This document shows, one piece after another, positions 13,260 to 25,899 of a DNA stretch of 64,000 bases (position 1 is the stretch's first letter; each line of letters begins with the position of its first letter). The stretch comes from Camelus dromedarius (lineage: Eukaryota): positions 36,024,001-36,088,000 of the forward strand of contig NC_087447.1 in assembly GCF_036321535.1 (NCBI RefSeq). The letters are read 5' to 3'. The position numbers and the translations under genes were made by a program. The notes under the pieces were generated by a model. That model had not been told where the DNA came from, made no database searches, and was given only the letters and a program-made list of their open reading frames with translations.

Positions 13260-15190
13260 ATCTAACAACCAAATGACTCTAAAATGTAGCCCATCAAGAG
13301 ATTTGAACAGACATTTCCTATAAAAGAACTAGAATGGCTCTTCATCATGTGAAAAAAAGACATCCTTCAAGAGAATAAGACAAGCCACAGACTGGGGGAA
13401 TCTATTTGTAAGAGATATCTGATGTATCCACAAAATACAAAGACATCTTAAAACTCAGTAAGAAAACAAACAACCCAGTTTAAAAATGAGCAAAAGACCT
13501 GATAGTTACCTCACCAAAGAAGATATACAAATGGTAAGTAAACATGTGAAAGGACACTCAACATTATATCTCATTAGGGAATGGCAAATTATAACATCAA
13601 TGAGATATGACTACATACCTATTAGAATGGCCAAAATCTAAAACACTGATAATACCAAATGCTGACAAAGATGTAGGAGTGATAGGAACTCTTATTTATT
13701 GTGTGGGAATGCAAAACTTTGTGGCCACTTTTTGAAAGACAGTTGACAGTTTCTTACAAAATTAAACATACTCTTATCATATGACCTTGCAGTTGCTCTC
13801 TTTGGTATTTGTCAAAATGACTTGAAACCTTATGTTCATACAAAACCTTGCACACAGATATTTATAGCAGCTTTATTCATAATTGCCAAAACTTGGAAGC
13901 AACCAAGATGTCCTTCAGTAGGTGAGTGGTTAAGGAAACTCTGGTACATAGAGACAGTGGAATATTATTGAGCACTGAAAAGAAATGAGTTATAAAGCCA
14001 TGAAAACACATGGAGGAACCTTAAATGCATGTCACTAAGTGAAAGAAGCCAGTCTGAAAAGGCTACATACAGTATGATTCCCAACTATATGACATTCTGA
14101 AAAAGGCAAAACTATGAAGAGAGTGAAAAGGTCAGTGTTTGTCAGAAATTAGGAGGGCAGGAGGGATGAACTGGCTGAGTACAGAGAATTTTTAGGGCCG
14201 TGAAACTACTATACATGATACTCTACAGGTAGATACATGTCATTGTAAATTTGTCCAAACAAAGAGTGTGCAACACCAAAGGTGAACACTAATGTAAACT
14301 ATGGACTTCCGGTGATAATGACATGTTGGTGTTTCATCAGTAGGTCCACCAGTGGTAACAAATGTACCCCTCTGGGGCAGCATGTTGATAGTGGAAGGCT
14401 GTGCATGTGTGGGGGCAGGGGGTATCTGGGAACTCTATGTATCTTCTGCTCAGTTTTACTGTGAACCTAAAACTGCTCTAAAAAATAAGTATATTAAAAA
14501 AATCATCCAGACTCATAATAGACATACAAATTAGAACTGTTGAAATATCATCCTCCACCATCTGATTAGCAAAAAATAGGAGGTTTGATAACATACTGTT
14601 GGTGAGGCTGTGGGAAAACAAACATTTGCTTACTCCACTGATAAGACTGTCAATTTCTATAACCCTGGTGGAAGACAGTGTGGCAATAACTCAAAATTAG
14701 AAATGTATGTACCCTTTGACACAGCAGTTTCACTTTGAGGAACTTATTCTGAGGATGTACTCATTCATGTGTGAAATCATGCATGAACAAAGGTGTGCAT
14801 TGCAATGATTTCTATGGTAGCAAAGATTGAAAACAGATAAAATATACATCATTAAATAAATTATAGTTCAAACAAAACTCCCCTAAGAATAAGGCAGCTC
14901 TTTATGTACTAAATCAGAAAGTTCCCTAGATAAATAGAAAAGGAAGAGGCAAAACTGCATGGTTATCTGTTCTCTTTAAGGTTAAGAAAGAAACACAGGA
15001 AGATATATTCACATTCCTATGTATTATCAATATAAAGAATATCTCTGAAAAGATACACAAGAAACTAATAATAGTAGTTACCTACTGGGAGAGTGTGAGA
15101 ATTGAACAGATGACAGAAGGACAGAAAGGAGGATTTTCTCTGTACACTTAAAATTTTTTTTAAACCATGTGAATGTATTACACATTCAAT
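13260..15190 (+). mobile_element. L1 (L1MC/MD-like, ~13360-14500) nested in an older L1ME-like fragment
   Basis: ORF2-end and 3'UTR motifs (tttatagcagctttattcataattgccaaaacttggaagcaaccaagatgtcc; gtgaacactaatgtaaactatggac). An A-rich tail near 14500 is followed by older L1 sequence resuming. Confidence 0.85.
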
Positions 15191-15397
15191 AAACTAAATA
15201 TATAAGTATATACCTGCAAAATATATATATAGCCCATGCCCAAGTCATAAATATATACGCCACTTCTAATGAAATGGGAGAATACCCCAAATATCAATTT
15301 GCTTTTGTTTGAATTTTATAGTTGGAATTTTAAATGATTTAAATAGAGATATGCATGTATGCATATGCACACATGTGCACACACACACATGCAGGTA

Positions 15398-15951
15398 TTG
15401 AGAAAGGATAAAAGCATCCTCTGACATCTGGGAACTGGCATGGTACTAACAAACACTGCTGGGCCTTAGAGTTGCTATGAGCTGGTCTGACATTCACAGC
15501 TAGGTTTGATGTTTTCCTGCTGAACTAATTCACAAAACATAACATCAGACGAGGCCACTCTGTGACCATGACGCATAAAGACAAAAACAAGACCACTTCG
15601 TAATCATGTCTGAACACAAAACGTGAACTCTGTCAAAGTCAAAAAATATCACACATCCTCCTACCCTGGCTAATGTGAGTGATGCTGCTTTAGCCTTGCT
15701 CTAGTTTTCCTTCCTACAGATAGAACTGTCCCCCGTTTCTAGCAACCAGAGTGAACCCTCTCTTCTTTGTACCCTCCTCAAAATCAGCCAACCAAAGCTC
15801 AAGTTGCAAATGAGTCCTTTCTAACACCCTCTTACTGAGATGCCCTGCAGTTCCCCACATTGTATCTTCTCCTCTGCTGCAATGAATTATAAAGCAAACC
15901 TGTGCAACTACAGGAGTGTACTCGGTGGTATTTGGCTGAAGGGCATGGACA
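15398..15951 (+). mobile_element. ERV1-class LTR (old MER-type)
   Basis: LTR-like composition ending caactacaggagtgtactcggtggtatttggctgaagggcatggaca. No clean TSD. Confidence 0.55.
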
Positions 15952-17069
15952 AAATATGTGAAACAAAGATCAGATAATTTCCAGCTTAGCCTGGCATTTA
16001 CAAATTAGACTCTGCTATAGGCAAACCTGGATTCAAACCTATCTGTAGCCCAGTCAGCCCAAAACCACCAGGGACAAACAAGCATGCAGACAACAAAGTC
16101 AGGTAAATTGACTCCTTACTCTGAGGGAGACTGCAGTTCAAGTAGTGTGTTTCCTTTTTACTGAAATAATTTCAAATGAAAGAGTTTCCAATACACTGAT
16201 TTTAGAAAACAAGATTTTTCAGTGAGGAAGAAAGCAGTAGTCATTCCAGAAGGGGATCATTATGACACTTTAGCTACAGTGTGTTCTTGGGAGAAACAAT
16301 AGTTCTTGCCAACTTTGCAGCTAGCTTTATCTGTGTCTGTCCCCTCAACCCCAACCTTGTCTGCTCTTACTATGTACTTTCACACAAGTACTTTGACCTC
16401 TTATACTTTAGTTACCTCAGCTGTAAACTGGGGATACTAATAATACCTACTATACAGGGTTTTTTAAAGAATTAAATGAGATAATGTTTGTAAAGAGTCT
16501 GATAACATGATATATGGATATAGTACATACTCCAAAAAATTGTCTGTCTCCATAGAGATACACTTCCTAGGTCAGATGAAATGTTTCTCTTGGATATGTA
16601 TATATATATCCTGGTTGTCTAGGCTATGAAAACAAATCCTGTCTTACGAGAGCCTGTTAGATTTCATCCTGTTGTGTGACAGTCCATTTACTGAGTGCCT
16701 AAACTATTGGGAAAATAAAGATGAACAAACAGTAATAACCACCCTCAAGAAGCTTACTGTTAAAGAGAAGCACTATTCACTTTGTGGGGGACAATCAGGA
16801 AAGAAACTTCATTACACAAGGAAAAGTTCAGCCCTTAGAGCCAGCAGTGCAGCCTGAAAGGTGAAGAGTTTGACTCAGGGAAATTACGGAAGCAGGATTC
16901 TTTTTTTTTCTTCCAGTTTTATTGAGATATAATTGACATATAACAGTATATTAGTTTTAGCTGTACAAATACAATATAAATAGTATCCTGATTAATAAAA
17001 TTTTAGCATACCCTCCAGGTTCAATAGCTACTGCAATTTACATAATATGCTGTCGTAATAATGTGCTAT

Positions 17070-17172
17070 TAGAAGGAAGGAAGGCAGGAAAGAAGGAAGG
17101 AAGCAAGGCAGGAAGGAAAGAAAAAGAGAAGAAGGGAAAGGAGGAGAGGAGGAGGGGGAAGGAAGGAAGAAA
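17070..17172 (+). repeat. purine-rich (GGAA/GA) low-complexity tract
   Basis: agaaggaaggaaggcaggaaagaaggaagg... Confidence 0.9.
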
Positions 17173-18825
17173 ACTATAAATACAAGCCCAGAGGTGGGCT
17201 TTCTTTGTGATGTGCCAGAGGATAGAGCCCTTCTGAGCTATGAGGACTGAAAAATATGTATTTCATCCTACCTGTAACATTTCTGAACCATTTTATCTTG
17301 AGCATCTTCTAAGACCTTTGATCTTTTTCTTTCTGTTCTGAACTGTACATAATTAAATTTGGATGACTAGCCATCTAATCCTCTAATCCTAGTTGCATTC
17401 AAATTTAGCCAGTAAAGAATATAAAATGCATCATGATTGTTTAAGCATAAGAGTGTCAGTCTCTGAATATACATCCTTGAACAAAAATCATCAAGAAAAA
17501 AATTTTTTCAGCCTTATAAATGTTCGTATCCTTTGACTTAGTAAAAATTTATCTAAAGAAAAGAATTCCAACTATGCAAAAGCTTTTATGACAAAATGTT
17601 AACCAAAACACTGTTTATAATGGTGGAAAATTGATAACAATCTAAAGATACAACTATAGAAGATCTATTAATTATGATACTTCAACTGGATAGGCTATTA
17701 TGCAGCCATTTTAAAAAATGGTATTTCTGAATAATTTATAAGCCCCTAGAAAAAGCTTATAAAAATTGTTCTTTAAATTCAGAAAATAAAATTGGATATA
17801 AAATATGGTCACAATAACAACAAAAAATCTAATCTTTAAAAAAAAAAGGATGAGAAAAAAATTGATGAAAATGTTAATAAAGGAATAGAGATTGTCTTTG
17901 GTTGGGCTGGGATTATTGTCCCTCATTCTTCCCACATTTTTGTATTTTTGCAACTTTTTCATAATAACACATTGTATATTTGCCTCTTGATGTTTCTTCA
18001 TCTGTTCTTATTATCTTTATGTAACTCTTAGAGCCCTGAGCAATAGCACCCCTAAGGAGCTGTGCTGTGGAGGAAGGAGTACTGTACTAAAGAAATGGAG
18101 GCTAGAACTCACCATCCTAAGAACTTAAGTAGGATGCATTCAAAGCCAATGAATGTCAGACATGTTTTTCATGTGAAATGTAAACTCCAGAGGGAGTTGG
18201 AAGGGGAGTCTCTAGACAACAACCATGTAGCAGGCTTATAAAACGACACATCTAGATTGGAGGTGTATGAGGACAGAGGATTCTAGGAGGAGCACCTCCA
18301 GGAAAGCTTGGAGATCATCCATTTTACTCTGTAAAAGTCTGTAATGAGAAGCTGCTGGAACATATGGGAAGAATTAGCAACAGATGTATAGAAAATTGAG
18401 CAAATTTTAAAATGAAACAATAATTAAATCTGGAAAAAACAAATATATATAAGAAAAGAAAGACAATTCATGTATGATACATGCTTCAGTAGTAAATTAT
18501 ACTTAGTTATATTGAATTAACTAAACTTATTTACATAATTGTATTGGAAGAATGGGAGGAGTAGAAGAGATTGGTTGAAGACTGCTAAATCTCTGTTCTA
18601 ATTACAAAATAATTATGACCGAAACAGATAAATCAAGAAATAACAGTATTAGCATATTATTTAAGACTATGGACTTGAGGAAAAGAAGAACAATTAAAAT
18701 AGTTGAAAAACTGCTCTAAGGAGCAGGATTGGGGGCAAAGAGGGATGAGATAGGAATGAGGACATTACAACCATTTTAGAATTGCATTATTTTACTTTTT
18801 AACCCCATGCATCCATTTTTAAAGG

Positions 18826-18984
18826 TTTGATTTTGATTTTTTTATTTTGGGGGGTCTTTTGGGGGGGTAGTTGGATGGGTGGGTTTGTTCGTTTGTTTGT
18901 TTGTTTAAATGGAGATACTGGGGATTGAACCCAGGACTTTGTGCATGCTAAATGCACACTCTACCGCTGAGCTATACCCTCCCC
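18826..18984 (-). mobile_element. tRNA-derived SINE (camelid Vic-1-like)
   Basis: The reverse complement reads ggggagggTATAGCTCAGCGGtagag...ctgGGTTCAATCCccagt, i.e. A and B boxes, followed by an (AAAC)n/A-rich tail. Confidence 0.85.
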
Positions 18985-18999
18985 TGCTGATTTTTTTTT

Positions 19000-20060
19000 A
19001 AATTAACCACAAAACCACAATGAGATGCTACCTCGTAGTCATGAGAATGTCTACTATTAAAAGAACAAAAACAAAAGCAGAAAATAACAAGTGTTGATGA
19101 GGATGTGGAGAAATCGGAACCCTTGTGCACTTTTGGTAGGAAAGTAAAATGGTACAGCTGCTATGGGAAACATTAAGGCGTTTCTTCAAAAAAATTAAAA
19201 ATAGAATTACCATATAATTCAGCAATTCTACTCCTGGGTCCCAAAAGAATTTAAAACAGGGTCTCAAAGAGATATTTGTGCACACATATTCATAGAAGCA
19301 TTATCTACCATAGCCAAATGAGGGAAGCAACCCACGTGTCCATCAATAGCTGAACGGATAAACAAAATGTGGTATTTATGTACCATTATATATTATTCAG
19401 CTTCAAAAAGCAAAGAAGTGGGTGTATAGCTCAGTGGTAGAGCACATGCTGGGTGTGCATGAGGTCCTGGATTCAATCCCCAGTGCCTCCATTAAGGGAT
19501 TAAAAATAATAATAATAATATAAATTAAAAAAAAAAAGAAATTCTGATACATGCTACAACATGGATGAATGTTGAAGACATCATACTAAGTGAAATCAGT
19601 CACAAAAAGACAAACACTTTTGTATGATTACACTTATACAAGGTACCTAAAGTAATCAAATTCATAGAGACAGAAAGTAGAACCATGGCTGCCAGGAGCT
19701 GGAGGGGAGAGGGAATAGAGAAGTTGTTGTTCAATGAATATAGAGTTTCAGTTTTGTAAGAAAAAAAGCATTCAGGAGATTGGTTGCACAACAATGTGAA
19801 CATAATTGGTTTCTATGAGGCAGGAATGGAAGGGGGAGAACATCCCTCGAGCCCTGTTGTGGAGAGTAGGGGTCTCCTCCACCCCACCGCCCCATGTCCT
19901 GGCCACCCCTCAGTCCCACCCTTCACCTACCCCAACTTACCTGTCAATGGAGACTTCCGCGGTCAGAGACTCACTGCCTTCCTGGAGTTTACTTAAAAAT
20001 GGTTAAGATGGTAAATTTTGTGTTATGCATATATTACCACAAATTTTTTAAAGTTTTAAA
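19000..20060 (+). mobile_element. L1 (L1MB-like) 3' region containing a SINE and a foreign insert
   Basis: aaaccacaatgagatgctacc...atgctacaacatggatgaatgttgaagacat...acttaaaaatggttaagatggtaaattttgtgttatg. Confidence 0.88.
19418..19534 (+). mobile_element. tRNA-derived SINE (camelid Vic-1-like) inside an L1
   Basis: tatagctcagtggtagagc...ctggattcaatccccagt, an (AAT)n/poly-A tail and a short flanking repeat aaagaa. Confidence 0.85.
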
Positions 20061-20936
20061 TTAACCCAATTAGTTGGAATGCAGACCAGACTGCATATGA
20101 TTATGACATGTGCTTTGCTGTTAGACTCCCTTGTGGAGTATAACAATCCTTGGCTGGGCTCTGCAGTGCAACCACACATCTTAAGATATCAGGAAATTGT
20201 AAAGATAGCCCAAGAGAATGTAATATATTTTCCCTCTTAAGATTAAGTGATGAATATTGCTTATAACATCTGACCAAATTTAGACTATGAAAGGAGGTAG
20301 TTCTAGTCATCCTCAACTGGAGCAGTGTCACTAATCCCTAGAAACTGGTTTGGCATCAAGCTAAAATCAATGTCAAATTAATTGATACATATATTCAGTA
20401 TTCATTCAACAAATGTTAACTGAGCACTGTCTATGTGCCAGGCACTGTGCTGGATACTGAAACTACCTTTTAATTCACGAGCCAACCTCAGGAAGAGAAA
20501 GGGACCAAGTCAGGAAGAGCAGAGTCTGAGTGCCTATAGAGTACCAAGCACTGTGGAGCTTTATATACATTATCTCCACTAAGCTGCACACCACGAGGTG
20601 TTTTTCATTAGCTGTCAAACTATAAGCCAATTATTTTATGAAGTAAGCATCATAACTGCCTATGATATTTTTTTCAGGCAGCATAGAATGCATTTGTTAA
20701 TTACTGAAGAATATATATCTAAGCATGCCCCATCTTTCAAACCACATTTACTATAATACCTTTCTAGCTGACACTTTCTGCTTCAATAATTTTCTTTCCA
20801 AACTCCCATAGCCTATTGTTTATCATTCCTTTTCACACTTTTCAGCTTTATAGTTTTCTAAGTCCACTTTTCATATTCCCACTGGATTGCAGAGATCAGG
20901 GGTTGATGTGTTCACTACAAGTGTTTAATCTCACAT

Positions 20937-21083
20937 AGAGTGACTAACCAGTTTGCCCCCGGACTGAAGGAGTTCTCAGGTTGTGATTCAGTTTTAAAAT
21001 CGAGAAAGTGTTTGGCAAACTCAGTTTTAACAGTGTAAATCCCTGGTCCTGGGAACCCCCTTAGTCCTGAGGTTGGTCATCCT
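20937..21083. mobile_element. MER94/MER81-like hAT-Blackjack MITE
   Basis: Decayed inverted termini agagtgactaacc...ggttggtcatcct, with internal gtttgccccggactg. Confidence 0.65.
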
Positions 21084-21118
21084 AACTCTCAGTTTTCTCT
21101 TCTCATGTCTATTCTTGA

Positions 21119-21144
21119 TTGTGTGTGTGTGTATGTGTGTGTGT
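21119..21144 (+). repeat. (TG)n microsatellite
   Basis: Direct reading of the sequence. Confidence 0.9.
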
Positions 21145-21799
21145 ACTTACATACAGTCAAGCGTTCAGCTGAGCAGGAGAGAGCTGAGCTGCCAGATGTT
21201 CAGAGTGCCCTATGAAAGCAACAAGCTAAAATGAAAGTAAGAGTCAAGTCTTTCATCACTTACTGCGGTGGTGTAAGCAAGAGGCTAAAACCAGAGAAAG
21301 TTCTGACTCCCACTCCTTGCATTTTCCCCCGTGGGACATCGCAGGTCAGATGGATCAGCACAGATATGGGGTTGGATGAGTAAGGGGGTTTAAAGGAGGG
21401 CTAGCAGTGGGAAAGTACTGAGTACTGAGTCAGAGTGGAAAAATGTTAGTACTGAGTCAGTAGGAGAAAGTGTCTTCACGGTTTCTCCCTCTCCTCTCTC
21501 CCACCAGTAAGGATGCCTAAGTAGAGGGCCCAAGGAAAGTCCTAGAGAAAGAGCACTCCAAATGAGGCTCCTGGTATAGAAATTCAGCTATGTAAGACCA
21601 TGGGTGGCTATGGGTCCTGAGCCCTTGACTAAAACTCCCTTTGGAGATTGCAGTGAACTGCCTGTGCATCAAGTCTAATGAGGACAGTGCTCCCCCATGA
21701 GGCCCACCACATAAAGGCTTTGCAGTTGCCTACAGCTGAGCCTGAAAAATCACACATCGGTTTTTGGCAAGGAACTGGAATATATCTCTCTTTCTCTCA

Positions 21800-22520
21800 A
21801 CAACCCAATAGAAAAATAGACAGATTATGATCAAATAGGCCACAAAAGAAAGAGAAATATTAAATGATTCTTAAACACATGGAATGGTGTTCAGTCTCAC
21901 TCATAATAAGAGGAAATGCAAGTTGAACCTGCACTAAGATCACAATTTTTCACTTCACACTCTGTGATGGTGAAAGAATGGGGAAACAGACATTCCTTTT
22001 GCAGGAGGGCGTATACATCGGTACTGCCTCTACAGAGAGCAATTTCACAACTTGAATCAAAATTACAGATTCAGGTATCTTTGACCAGTAGATACACTCT
22101 AGGAATTTATCCTGCAGATAGGCCCACACCTGTGGGAAATGTCATACACACAAGAGTCTTTATTCCTTGCCATTCATTGTTTATAGTAGTAAAGGATTGA
22201 AAACCACCTAACAGCAAGGGACTAGTTAAACACAAATATAGTGCATCCATACACAGAAATACTACACAGCCATTCAGAAGATGTATCATTAGGTTTTAAA
22301 AGCAAATGTGGAACAGTTGTGTTCAGTATACACAGTTTGTGTGATAGTATGGGGAAAATAACATATATTTTTTGTTTGTGTTTAGAAGGATACATAAGAA
22401 ACTAATAGCATTGGCTTTCAGAGAGAGAACTAGGTAGCTGGTAACAGATACGGAAAGAGAAATTTCATTGTGTACTCTTTTAGATATTTTGAATTTTGAA
22501 TCATTTTGAATGTAAATCAA
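21800..22520 (+). mobile_element. old L1 (L1ME-like) 3' fragment
   Basis: acactctaggaatttatcctgcagata...cattgtttatagtagtaaaggattgaaaacc. Confidence 0.7.
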
Positions 22521-22559
22521 AATTTAAAGAACAACAACAAGGGAACAAACCAACCACAA

Positions 22560-22980
22560 AAACATGGGCTCTGGTGTCAGACTACCTGGGTTAAACCTTT
22601 CTCCATCGTTTTACCAGTCGTGTGACCTTAGGCAAAAACTGCTTAACTTTTTGTATCTTTCCACATCTGGGAAATGGGTATAATGATAGCAGGGACTTCA
22701 GAGAGTTGTTGTAAGAATTAAAAGAGATCACACTGGGTCAAATTTTCAGATCAGTAGCAGAGACTCTGGAGCCAGATTGCCAGGGCTCAAATGCCAGTTC
22801 CACCCGTCCTAGGTTGTGTGACCTTGGGCAAGTTATTCAACCTCACTCTTCCTCAGTTTCTTCACTTGGAAATGGGGTTAATAATCAAATCGTGTGAGGA
22901 TTAAATTATTTAATACTTAAAGAGTGCTTACAACTGCATTTGGAATATATTAAGTGCTATATAAGTGTTTGTTGAAAATT
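22560..22980 (+). mobile_element. two tandem MIRs
   Basis: Two MIR cores: tgtgaccttaggcaa and tgtgtgaccttgggcaagttatt. Confidence 0.85.
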
Positions 22981-23617
22981 AGATATTTATTTAACACGAG
23001 TATTAGTTATTACTTTTAGCTATTATCCAACATTGTTGAAATAAACCCTACTTAGGTTACTTTTTCAGAATTATCTTACTTACCCTCAACCATGCTCCTC
23101 TCCTCTCTATACAAATACACTGCATCTGTCATTTGCTCATATTATTCCCACAGACAGGAATGCCAATTCCAACCATGACTGACAGAAGAATAAAACTGTC
23201 TTTCAAGACTCAGTTCAAAGATCTCTTCCTCCTTATCGGTGGCTGCTCTCCCCTGCTAGCTGCCCCATCACAGACCTCTAGTCTGACCTTTTCCTACTTT
23301 GGCTGTCTCTCCTCCTGCTCCAGGACAGGCAACAATTCATGCTTGTTGGAATAAATGGATAAATTGAATACTGATGTTTTCCAAGGATCTCAAGAGAGTG
23401 AAAGTTTTCTTTTGTGACATGTTTCAACTTCATTTTTATGCCCTAAAGTCTCAGACAGAGAGGAAAGAAAGAGCTGTTCAGGGACACTTAAAGGAAATTA
23501 GAAATAGAATACTTTGGAAATTAAAAAGTATTTTTTAGTGGGGTTTTGGGGGGCTTGGTTTTGGTTTGGTTTTTGCCTTTAATCAACATGGACCTGGCTC
23601 CCCCTGCTGGATCTAAA

Positions 23618-24045
23618 GTAAAACATGGATGGACTTGGAGGGTATTATGTTTAGTGAAATAAGTCAGACAGAAAAAGACAAATACTGAATGATACCACTT
23701 ATCTGTGGAATCTAAAAAATAAAACAAACTTGTGAGTATATTAAAAAAAAAGAATCAGACTCACAGATATAGAGAACAAACTAATGATTACCAATGGGGA
23801 GAGGGAAGTGGGGGTGGGAAAAGAGGCTTAGGAGATCAAGGGGTACAAACTGCTATGTATAAAATAAATAAGCTATAAGGATATATTGTACAGTACAAGG
23901 AACGTAGCCAATATTCTATAGTAACTATTAGTGGAGTATAACCTTTAAAACTTGGGAATCACCTTTAAAAAGTGGGAATCACTATGTTGTACACCTGAAA
24001 CTTACATAATTTTGTACATCAACTATACCTCGGTTTTAAAAAATC
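23618..24045 (+). mobile_element. L1 3' end (laurasiatherian/cetartiodactyl type)
   Basis: aacatggatggacttggagggtattatg...gtacatcaactatacctc. Same family as 43183-43822. Confidence 0.9.
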
Positions 24046-25899
24046 AATTTATTTATGTAAAGGCAGAGAAAACAAAACTTGCAACATACTTAAAATAGTA
24101 TCTAGAGCTTTCATCAAGGTTCTTATTACTGATGACAGAGTTGTAGCTAAGACATTCCGGCATTCCCATAATGACTGACTACATAACAATTACAGTTACC
24201 TCATATATTTAGAGGGAGAGGTGTGGCTTTGAAATCTAAGTCCAGGACCGCAAGCCAGGAAGTCCTGAGAGTATATTCAGCTTTGATGACAACTGCAAAA
24301 AGTGGCCTCTGGCAAATAATTTAGCTTGGTTTTTTGTGGTACTGTTAATTTTTACTTTACCATTTGTGTGATAAGCATAAGAATGCTACTAGCATCTCAT
24401 TGCCATTGAAGCACTTGAATAATATCAGTCATCATTTGAATACCAAATGTCTCCCATGTGCATAGCAACATTCAGGGCTCCGAGGAACCCAAGAGCACTA
24501 CAGTGTTCCTCCCCTTAAGGATCTGTGTGTCTTAAGGGAATGTGGAGGCTGTATACAGTACTTTGAGTGATATCTGACATACAGTAAGTCTTCAACAAAT
24601 GTTCACTCACTTCTTTATTGCACCCCTGAATCTGGCTTCAGCCCAGGGCTAGAATCCCTGATTCCAGCCCTATTTCTTGAGGTGGATTCCTCCTAGACTC
24701 CACTAGACTGTCCACACTATGAGAACAGGGATTAGGTCATATTCATGCTTCATCCCTGGATTACCCAGGGAGTACCCAGGATTATCCCTGGCACATAAAA
24801 TGTGCTCAGTACATTTTGTTGAGTGAATGATCTTTCAGGGAAGCTCATTCATTTTTGGTTTAGCCTCATTGTTAAAGAAGTGAGCTGAAATCTGCCTCCC
24901 TGTCACTTGCATTACTCACTGGTTCTTATCTTGCCTAATCTTAAGAGTTCTCAATAAATGTAAGCTCCCTTTCTACCTTTCCTTCTTGCCCATCTGTCAT
25001 CATTGCCCTTATGAATATCACAAGAAACTATTTAAATCCCTTGCTGAAATCCAGATACTACTAGCTATACCTCCAGTGTTCCTCTAATCCATTAGTCAAA
25101 TAATTAAAAATTCACAATGTAATTGAGGAAATCCATCCTGAAACACAAAACGAAGAGGAATCAAAGCCTTTAAATGTGGTGAGTAATTGTGGTCAGACAG
25201 CAGTAAATTCAAGAGTTCAGAAGAGGGAACTATCCTTAGGGTATAGAAGAGTCAGAAGAGATTTTTCTGCAGTTTTTGGGTTGGATCATTTATTCATTTG
25301 TCTTAAGACCCAGATGAAGCAAACAACACAATACTTTCCCTCACATGTTTGCTCTCTAGTGGAGGAGACAAATAACTAGCAAGTGAAAGAAAATGAAGGT
25401 AGAAGGAAAAAAAAAACAGTGCTGTGAGGGAGAATAATGACGTGAGGTGAGTAGGGGACAAACATTAGCTTTAGAGAGAATATGAGGGTCAGAAAATCTC
25501 TTTGAGGAGCTGTTGAGAAGGAGCTTAAAAAGAATCAAAGGTGAGAGGCATTTAAAGCGTGGTTGAAGGACAAATATTAGAAGCAGTGGAGTATAAGGAA
25601 AGAAACAAACATGAACTCCAATGTAAAATTTGTGTTTAAGCAAATAGCTAGTTCAGCATCTTCTGTCTGTTATTCCAAATGCTTGAGCATTACTTCATAA
25701 ATAAACATATACATGTAAATACATTCTCAAACATGTAAATAACTTATGTGTTCCCAAGAGGGTTCAAAGCAATTTATAAAAATATGACAGGAATTAAATG
25801 AGTTAAGAAATTGGGGTAGAGGTGAAAAGTAAAGACAAACAGGAGAAGGAAAATAAAGTCAATTGTTAGGATGGGCATACCAAAGTGCAGGTTATACAG

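Noticed and set aside
18905..19495. tRNA-like sequences with A/B boxes
   Set aside because: They have A-rich tails and no proper acceptor stem, so they are SINEs rather than tRNA genes.
23941..23982. 20-bp tandem duplication acctttaaaa(ct/ag)tgggaatc
   Set aside because: Local slippage inside an L1 3'UTR. Two units only, not CRISPR-like.
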